A stretch of 64,000 bases of DNA, from assembly GCA_030591565.1 (NCBI GenBank), contig JAUVAU010000003.1:4879-68878 (forward strand), read 5' to 3'. A model generated the notes under the pieces. It searched no databases. It was not told where the DNA came from and was given only the letters and a program-made list of their open reading frames with translations. The DNA comes from Deltaproteobacteria bacterium. Its GTDB lineage: Bacteria > Desulfobacterota > Deferrisomatia > Deferrisomatales > BM512. The position numbers were made by a program, and so were the translations under genes. This document shows positions 57,529 through 64,000 of this stretch, one piece after another (the stretch's first letter is position 1; each line of letters begins with the position of its first letter).

Positions 57529-59481
57529 TTAAAGTTCCAGCTGGCGACGGGCTTCCATGTCGAAGAGCACGCGCTCTTTCTTTTCCATGATGCCCAGCGC
57601 TTCGCGCTTTTTGTTAATGTGATCGATCATCATTTTGGCCATTTTGTAAGGATCGGGCTCGAAGGCCCAGGTTGCGCCCAGGTCCTCTTCCATGCCGCCA
57701 AACAGGTAATCGGCAAACTTCGTACCCTCGGTGACCGGGAAGGTAACGCCGAAGACGGTGTAGACGCCGCTTGATACGAAGTACTGGCCGATGGAGATCG
57801 CCTTTTCGCTCATGTACTCGGGCGCTGCACCTGCAACCGGCAGGTCGGAGATATCGTCGCCCAGCCCACCCGTCTTGACCATCTCGGACAGAGCAATCAG
57901 GATGCGGCTGTTGTCCACGCAGGAGCCAGAGTGCAGCACCGGCGGCATGCCGACGGTTTCGCAGACTTCGGCCAGACCTGGGCCGCAGTACTTCTTGGCG
58001 ATCGCCGGATCCATGAAGCCGGCCTTGGCCAGCGAGATCGCCGAGCAACCGGTCTGGACTACCAGCACGTCGTTTTTCAGCAGCTCTTTCACCAGCTCGA
58101 CATGCACCCAGTCGTGCTTGACGCGGGGGTTGGTACAACCCACTACGCCAGCCACGCCGCGGATGCGACCGTTGATGATGTTCTCGTTTAGCGGGGTGTA
58201 GGAGCCGCGAAAGGAGCCGCCCAGCATGTAGTTGATCGTCTCGTGACTGAAACCGCCAATCATTTTCGTCTTCGTGGACGGTATCTGTACCTTGTCGCCG
58301 CGGTTTTTGAAGTTGTTGATGCCGATTTCCATCAACTCGATACCTGCTGCGCGAGCGTCGTGCTCACCGTGGAACTCGACATGCTCGGCACCGTCGATGT
58401 GGCAGCGGTAGTTGGTGGTGACAAACTTGGTGTGGTAGCACTTGGACAACTCGGCCAAGCTAGCCATGATGCACTGCACGTCCACCATCATCACGTCCAC
58501 CGCGCCGGTGATAATCGCAGTATCGCACTGCATGAAGTTACCGGCGTGGGGGATGCCGTTGCGAATGAGCATCTCGTTGCCCGAACAGCACATGCCCACC
58601 AGATTGATGCCGGCGGCGCCAGCGGCCTTGGCCTTGGCGAGCAGCTTTTTGTCGTCGGCCAGGCGCACCATCATGTCCAGAAGCTGGGGCTCATGGCCGT
58701 GGACGATCACGTTGACCTGATCTTTTTCAAAGACGCCGAGGTCCATCTCGGCGGCAATCGGCTTGGGGGTGCCGAACATTATGTCGGAAAGCTCGGTGGA
58801 GATCAGCGAGCCGCCCCAGCCGTCGGCCAGTGAGCAGCGGATGGCGCCCTGCATGATGTTGTAGTATTCCTGGTCCACGCCCATGTGGGTGCGGTGCATC
58901 ATCTCGACCACTTCGCGGTCGACGCCGCGGGGCAGGTAGCCTTTTTCCTTCCACAACTCGAAGCGCTTGGGGGGCGCCAACTCCAGCCCTTTTACGTGAC
59001 CAGCCTGCTGGCCAAACTGCGCCAGGCAAGCCTCGCCCAGCTCAATGCCGACCTGCTGGTTGTCCTTGCCCTCGGTCTCGATGCCCATCTGGCCCGCGAA
59101 GACCATCATCTTCTTCTCGTCCTTGATCTCGAAGTCAGAGTTCTCGCCCTTGGCCACGGAGAGGAACAGCTCTGCCATCTCGCGACCGTGGTCCGAATGG
59201 GCTGCGGTTCCTGCGGCAATTGCGCGGGCAAAGCCACGGGCCTGGAAAGTGTCGATGTTTGCGCCGCAAACGCCGACCTTCTCGTAAGGGGCCTTGGCGG
59301 AGAGGCGGCAGGGGCCCATGAAGCAGTGTTTGCAACAGGCCTGCTGCGCCCCGATGGGGCAGGGTTTCATCTCGTCGGCACGGTCAAAAGAGGTGGAAAC
59401 ACCCTCTTTGCGTCCCTTGGTAAGCATTTCTGCGGTGGACTCACAAATTGTGATGTCCTGAATTTCACGAAGTTTTGCCAT
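57529..59481 (-). CDS. acsA: anaerobic Ni-Fe carbon monoxide dehydrogenase catalytic subunit
   Basis: N-terminal Cys motifs CPIGAQQACCKHCFMGPCR and CGAN. 650 aa CooS-family layout. Confidence 0.92.
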   Translation of the reverse strand: MAKLREIQDITICESTAEMLTKGRKEGVSTSFDRADEMKPCPIGAQQACCKHCFMGPCRLSAKAPYEKVGVCGANIDTFQARGFARAIAAGTAAHSDHGREMAELFLSVAKGENSDFEIKDEKKMMVFAGQMGIETEGKDNQQVGIELGEACLAQFGQQAGHVKGLELAPPKRFELWKEKGYLPRGVDREVVEMMHRTHMGVDQEYYNIMQGAIRCSLADGWGGSLISTELSDIMFGTPKPIAAEMDLGVFEKDQVNVIVHGHEPQLLDMMVRLADDKKLLAKAKAAGAAGINLVGMCCSGNEMLIRNGIPHAGNFMQCDTAIITGAVDVMMVDVQCIMASLAELSKCYHTKFVTTNYRCHIDGAEHVEFHGEHDARAAGIELMEIGINNFKNRGDKVQIPSTKTKMIGGFSHETINYMLGGSFRGSYTPLNENIINGRIRGVAGVVGCTNPRVKHDWVHVELVKELLKNDVLVVQTGCSAISLAKAGFMDPAIAKKYCGPGLAEVCETVGMPPVLHSGSCVDNSRILIALSEMVKTGGLGDDISDLPVAGAAPEYMSEKAISIGQYFVSSGVYTVFGVTFPVTEGTKFADYLFGGMEEDLGATWAFEPDPYKMAKMMIDHINKKREALGIMEKKERVLFDMEARRQLEL

Positions 59482-59524
59482 TCCTTAAACCTCCCTTAGT
59501 GGGATATTGCGGTAAGGCCAGTGA

Positions 59525-60475
59525 CTAGGCCATTACGTCGTCAATTACCTTTTTGATTACCCGCACCGACTCAGGATGGCGCAGGATGAGGATGTCAGCT
59601 CCAGAGACCAGAAGATCAGACGCTGTGACGATTTCCCAGAGGATGCCACGGGTCTTGAGGTCGCCGAATCCAGGTTCTTCTTTTTCGGAGATACCGGCTT
59701 CGCGGGTCTTCCAGGCGTACTTGGCGACGTCGCAGATCAGGGGTAGCTGCATTTTTTCGTCACCCTGCTTTAGCGCGGTAAGGCGGATACGCTCCATGAC
59801 CGAGTAGGTGTACTCGATACCGTAGCCAAGGGCGCCGGTGGAGGGATCCATGATGATCTTGTTCGCGGGAACGCCCAGGTTGCCAAGCAGGATGTTGAGC
59901 TGTTTGGCCATGTTGACGTCAATGGGGGTCTGGGCGACCACGGTGTGACCGTAACCGATGGCGGCGCCACCGATCTTCTTGTAGTTGTCTTCAGTGGCGG
60001 GGCCAAGGATGAGGTTCATCCCGTCGCAAACTTCAGCCACTTTGGAGAGAACTTCGGCGTCTTTTTCAGCACTTTCGCTACCCCATACTACTAGAGGTAC
60101 GCTGATGGCCTCGGCGACTTTCTTGACCAGTGCGGCAGCTTCGTCCGCGCCGGTGTCCATGTCGTTGGGGTCGGTTGACGCCAACTGCAGGCAGATCATC
60201 TCAGCGCCATATTCGTCCTGGCACTTTTTGGCCCATGCTACGGGGTCGCCGATAACATCGGCAAAGGGCGCTTTGGCTTCTGCCGTCCACGACTCAGTGG
60301 CTGCCACGTTGTCATAAACTTCCATGGCGACAAGAGCCCTGTTGGGCACGTCACCTTCGAAGTTACAAAGGGGCATCACGTTCTGACCACCTACTTTTGC
60401 AATACCGTCTCCGCTTCCCACAGCGATTTCCAGGATAGACCCGGAGTAAGTGTCTTTCGGGAATTGAAATGCCAT
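59525..60475 (-). CDS. acsD: corrinoid/iron-sulfur protein small subunit
   Basis: 316 aa TIM-barrel-type protein in the acs cluster. MAFQFPKDTYSGSI... Confidence 0.88.
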   Translation of the reverse strand: MAFQFPKDTYSGSILEIAVGSGDGIAKVGGQNVMPLCNFEGDVPNRALVAMEVYDNVAATESWTAEAKAPFADVIGDPVAWAKKCQDEYGAEMICLQLASTDPNDMDTGADEAAALVKKVAEAISVPLVVWGSESAEKDAEVLSKVAEVCDGMNLILGPATEDNYKKIGGAAIGYGHTVVAQTPIDVNMAKQLNILLGNLGVPANKIIMDPSTGALGYGIEYTYSVMERIRLTALKQGDEKMQLPLICDVAKYAWKTREAGISEKEEPGFGDLKTRGILWEIVTASDLLVSGADILILRHPESVRVIKKVIDDVMA

Positions 60476-60558
60476 GTTGCCTTCTCCTTTCGTCCGTTTG
60501 GCGAAATATAACTACTACAATTGACATTAAAAAAACTTTGGGGAATCGTACTGCCGGT

Positions 60559-61311
60559 CTACTCCTCCCCAGCCAAATATTTTTCCATTATCTCCGATAC
60601 CGCTTTCACCGCTTCGCTCTCGTCGGGAAGTTCTGCGGTGGGTCTCCCTTCAAGATCGTAGCTATAAACCAATTCGTCATTGGGCACCACACCGGCCAGT
60701 TCGAGCCCCAACTTATCTATTTCAGCCCTGGTCTCGTCGGCCAACCCGTCGGGGACGCGGTTGACGATGAGCGCAAGTTTTTTAATGTCCAGCTTCAGCT
60801 CTTTGACAAGGTCGCGTATGCGCCCCGCTGCCTGGATGCCGCGAAACGAGGAGTCGGTCACGGCGAACATGATGTCCATGTTGTGCGTGGTGCGCCGGGA
60901 CAGGTGCTCCATCCCCGCTTCATTGTCCAATATGGTGTACTTATAGCCGTCGACTATTTCATCAACGTATTTCTTACACAATGTGTTGGCGTAGCAGTAG
61001 CAGCCTGCGCCCTCGGGCCTGCCCATGCATATGAGATCGTAGCCCTCGGCCTCGATCAGACACTCCTGGGTCTTGTAGTTGATGAAGGCATCCTTGGTCA
61101 TCCCGACGGGGGTGGCGCCAAGTCCTTCGCGAATCTCGCCGATCGTCTGGTGAACACCTACGCCCAGCACTTCGTTCAGATTCATGTTCGCATCGGCGTC
61201 CACCGCAAGCACCCTGCCCTCGCCCTTTTTGACAAGGTGGCGAATAATCAGTCCCGTTATGGTCGTCTTGCCGGTGCCGCCTTTACCTGCAACTGCTATG
61301 TTCAATCCCAA
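60559..61311 (-). CDS. cooC: CooC/AcsF-type nickel-insertion accessory ATPase
   Basis: AGKGGTGKTT deviant Walker A. CxC motif (GAGCYCYAN). 250 aa. Confidence 0.9.
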   Translation of the reverse strand: MGLNIAVAGKGGTGKTTITGLIIRHLVKKGEGRVLAVDADANMNLNEVLGVGVHQTIGEIREGLGATPVGMTKDAFINYKTQECLIEAEGYDLICMGRPEGAGCYCYANTLCKKYVDEIVDGYKYTILDNEAGMEHLSRRTTHNMDIMFAVTDSSFRGIQAAGRIRDLVKELKLDIKKLALIVNRVPDGLADETRAEIDKLGLELAGVVPNDELVYSYDLEGRPTAELPDESEAVKAVSEIMEKYLAGEE

Positions 61312-61325
61312 AATTAGTTACCTTG

Positions 61326-63299
61326 CTAGCTTTCTAATTTCCCTTTTGCCACGGCTTCGTGCATCTCTTCGAGCCGCTTGACGCGGATGGGGAACTCTTC
61401 CAGTCTGGTGTGTGGCAAAAACAGCGCCGCCACGTATTCGTCCATGTACATGTTTGAAGTGGAGAGCTCAATGTTTGTAATCATCGAACCGATCACTTCG
61501 GCTTCCTCTACCTTGTCGCGGTACAAGCTGGCGAGTCTGCAACCTTCAAGGCTGGTGTTGCCGCCGTACTCGACTATTTCGGGGTCCGCTTCGGGGAGCA
61601 GCCCTATGGTCATCGCCTTTTCAACGTCGATGAATTGTCCGAAACCACCGGCGATGATTATCTTCTCAAGGTCGGAAAACTGTAAGCCTACGCTCTTTAG
61701 CAGCACCGCGCAGGCTGAGTAGATCGACGCCTTTGTGCGCATGAGGTTGTCGATGTCGGGCTCGGTTATCGCCAGGTCCTCATCAAGTTGGGTATCTTCA
61801 GCTCGGCACAGGACATATTCCCAGCCGCCTTCACCCTCTCGTACCCGCCAGGTCTCTTCAGCCAGCTCGCGGTTGAACTTGCCATTCTGGCTTATCACAC
61901 CCGACATCTGCAACTCGGCTATACAATCAATCATACCCGAGCCGCATATCCCTTTCGGCTTTACCTGGCCGATGGTCATTATCATCGGCTCGTAGTCCAT
62001 CGGGCTGACCCTTACCTGCTCGATGGCTCCAAAGGAGGCGCGCATGCCGAACTTGACACCGCCACCCTCGAACGCCGGGCCGGCCGAGGCCGAGGCCGAG
62101 ACCATCCAGTCCTTATTACCTATTATTATTTCGCCGTTGGTGCCCACATCCATGAAGAGCGTCAGCTCTTGCTTCAGATGTATCTCGGTCGCCAACACCC
62201 CGGCGGTTATATCGCCACCAACGTAGGAGGCGACGCAGGGCATGATGTATGCCGAGACGTGGTCGGGAACCGCGACGCCGAGCTGGGAAGCCGTGAGGGT
62301 GGTGTAAAGGTTCGCCACCGGCACGTAGGGGGCTTCTCGTATATATTTCGGGTTCAGCCCCAAAAGCAGCTGCGTCATCGTTGTGTTGCCGCCGAAAACC
62401 ATGTGTGTAAGGTTCTCGCGGTCACCACCGGCTTTTTCAAAGACCTCGTCAATAACTGTGTTGATCGTCTTGACCACTCGTTTTTGCAGCGTCTCAAGTC
62501 CGCCCTTCTTGGCGGCATTGACCATGCGGCTGATGACATCTTCGCCCATGGACATCTGGGCGTTGTAGTCGGCCGAGAAGGCCAACTCCTTGCCGGTCAT
62601 CGCGTCGAGCAGTTTGGCGTGTATCGTTGTGGTTCCAACGTCCACTGCCAGTATGAGCGCTTTCTCCCGGGTATCGCCCGGTTCTACCTTTAATATCCTG
62701 GACGGCTCTTTAAAGCGGCAGACCGAAATGGTGGCTTTCCAATCCTCTTGCCTCAAGAGGGTTGACAGATCCTTCAGGATCGTCAGGTCGGCCGTCACCT
62801 TGGGTATGTCATAGTCGCGTTTTAGCGCCTGGCCCACACGCGCCATGTCGGAGATATTGTCATCCTCACTCGGAGGGCTCATCTCGACGTAGTATTTTGC
62901 GACTATCGGCTCGGGCGCCACATTTTCATACTCGGCGCCCCACTTTGCCTGACTTATTACATGGTCTACCTGCCCGGCGCCCTGTCTTGTGAGCACTCCT
63001 TTTTCATGCCGGGATTCGATGGGAATCTCGACGCGCAGGTCCGACTTGATATTCGTGCGGCAGGCCAGCTTGAATCCCTCGTCCCACTGCTCATCGCTGA
63101 GCTTGGAGCTACGCTCGGAGTCAACCTCGCCTTCCAGAAGCTTGATCTTGCATTTTCCGCAAGTACCCGCACCGCCACAGGACGCATTTATATGCACACC
63201 GGCTACTATCGCGACGCGCAAAAGGTTTTCACCTTCATTAAAGACGTCTATCGCGACATTGTCCGGCTCGAATACGACGGTGTATTTCTTTTCGGGCAA
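61326..63299 (-). CDS. acsV: corrinoid activation/regeneration protein (reductive activator of CoFeSP)
   Basis: N-terminal plant-type [2Fe-2S] ferredoxin (CGGAGTCGKC...C) followed by an ASKHA/DUF4445-like ATPase domain. Confidence 0.85.
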   Translation of the reverse strand: MPEKKYTVVFEPDNVAIDVFNEGENLLRVAIVAGVHINASCGGAGTCGKCKIKLLEGEVDSERSSKLSDEQWDEGFKLACRTNIKSDLRVEIPIESRHEKGVLTRQGAGQVDHVISQAKWGAEYENVAPEPIVAKYYVEMSPPSEDDNISDMARVGQALKRDYDIPKVTADLTILKDLSTLLRQEDWKATISVCRFKEPSRILKVEPGDTREKALILAVDVGTTTIHAKLLDAMTGKELAFSADYNAQMSMGEDVISRMVNAAKKGGLETLQKRVVKTINTVIDEVFEKAGGDRENLTHMVFGGNTTMTQLLLGLNPKYIREAPYVPVANLYTTLTASQLGVAVPDHVSAYIMPCVASYVGGDITAGVLATEIHLKQELTLFMDVGTNGEIIIGNKDWMVSASASAGPAFEGGGVKFGMRASFGAIEQVRVSPMDYEPMIMTIGQVKPKGICGSGMIDCIAELQMSGVISQNGKFNRELAEETWRVREGEGGWEYVLCRAEDTQLDEDLAITEPDIDNLMRTKASIYSACAVLLKSVGLQFSDLEKIIIAGGFGQFIDVEKAMTIGLLPEADPEIVEYGGNTSLEGCRLASLYRDKVEEAEVIGSMITNIELSTSNMYMDEYVAALFLPHTRLEEFPIRVKRLEEMHEAVAKGKLES

Positions 63300-63408
63300 A
63301 TCCTCTTCCCCTGTGTGGGAAGCCTATAAAAAATCCGGGAGGGGGAAGCAGGTTCTTCCCCCTCCGGATTAATTGAGCTACCTGGTCTAAACGTTAATTG
63401 ATGATGGC

Positions 63409-64000
63409 CTAGAAGAGGCCTTTGATCTTTCCGTCATCATCAATGTCCATATACTGGTACGCCGGGTCGGCACTGAGCCCCGGCATGGTGCGCATCTCGC
63501 CGAGCAGCGGGTAGAGAAAACCAGCACCCAGGCTTGCGCGGATGTCGCGGATCGGCACACGGAAACCCTTGGGGCGACCCTTGAGCGTGAGATCGTGGCT
63601 GAGCGACAGGTGAGTCTTCGCCATGCAGATGGGCAACTTGTCGTAACCCAGCTTGGTAAACGATGCGATCTTCTTCTCGGCTTCGGGCATGTAGTCCACA
63701 CCGTCGGCTCCGTAGATATCGATGGCGATCTTCTCGATCTTCTGCTTGATGGAGAATTCGTCGGGATAGAGGAACTTGAAGTCTTTGGGCTCTTCGCAAG
63801 CATCCACGACTGCCTGGGCGGCTTCTTCGGAACCGGCTCCGCCATGCATCCAGACATCAATCGGCACAGAGGCAGAGGCGCCACACGCTTCGGCGCGTTT
63901 TTTGATCATCGCGACTTCGTGGTCGCGGTCAAAGGCGAAACAGTTGATCGTGTTGACAACCGGCACACCAAACTTGCGCATGTTCTCGATGTGGGCTTCG
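63409..64000 (-). CDS. fhs: formate-tetrahydrofolate ligase, C-terminal part (gene runs off the window end)
   Basis: ...LPICMAKTHLSLSHD...GFRVPIRDIRASLGAGFLYPLLGEMRTMPGL...; the frame stays open to 64000. Confidence 0.9.
   Translation of the reverse strand, partial: EAHIENMRKFGVPVVNTINCFAFDRDHEVAMIKKRAEACGASASVPIDVWMHGGAGSEEAAQAVVDACEEPKDFKFLYPDEFSIKQKIEKIAIDIYGADGVDYMPEAEKKIASFTKLGYDKLPICMAKTHLSLSHDLTLKGRPKGFRVPIRDIRASLGAGFLYPLLGEMRTMPGLSADPAYQYMDIDDDGKIKGLF

Overview
The window is 64 kb of high-GC bacterial DNA. Its gene content suggests an anaerobic Desulfobacterota-type (deltaproteobacterial) organism; this lineage call is an inference from gene content only. Most of the window is protein-coding.

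Main blocks:
- 1-3.3 kb: a tRNA 3'-end remnant with a terminator, a large secreted Ig-like/CARDB/P-domain lipoprotein, and a serine recombinase.
- 3.3-12.6 kb: a minus-strand operon for a periplasm-facing redox module (5-haem cytochrome c, HybA/NrfC-type FeS protein, NrfD-type membrane subunit) plus small membrane proteins, a receiver-like protein and an orphan haem-c sensor. A sigma54 -24/-12 promoter candidate precedes it, and it sits next to a sigma54 response regulator and a haem-c sensor kinase.
- 12.7-23.4 kb: a truncated GltB-like fragment, DUF1638, a flavoprotein, a Crp/Fnr regulator, an octahaem CxxCK (nitrite-reductase-like) cytochrome, an ECF sigma/anti-sigma pair, a cytochrome P460-like protein, a secreted metallothionein-like repeat protein, DUF302, a transporter and a phosphoesterase.
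- 23.5-27.2 kb: the DUF134 / NifX-like / DUF5320 / MinD-4Fe4S neighbourhood.
- 27.5-28.9 kb: a mini-lipoprotein and an 11 x 15-aa repeat protein.
- 29.2-34.2 kb: a hybrid kinase, a thioesterase, a WrbA-like flavoprotein and a compact RiPP-like cassette. The cassette is an unannotated 20-aa Cys-rich peptide, a 9-Cys 110-aa protein and an RRE-radical SAM-SPASM enzyme. This is my top candidate for a novel system.
- 34.5-44.9 kb: an RND/MMPL - LolA-like - OM barrel operon, a squalene-synthase-like gene, a GAF-sigma54 activator and a GT2-acyltransferase fusion.
- 45.3-47.3 kb: groES-groEL.
- 47.5-52.8 kb: a TPR / 15-haem cytochrome / ResB-like / kinase operon.
- 52.9-64.0 kb: a complete Wood-Ljungdahl acs cluster (acsE, acsC, acsB, cooS/acsA, acsD, cooC, acsV) and a partial fhs.

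A previously unlisted interspersed repeat of about 230-270 bp occurs five times, with shorter fragments elsewhere. Every full copy abuts a gene 3' end.

All product calls rest on motif recognition by eye. No database search was run.
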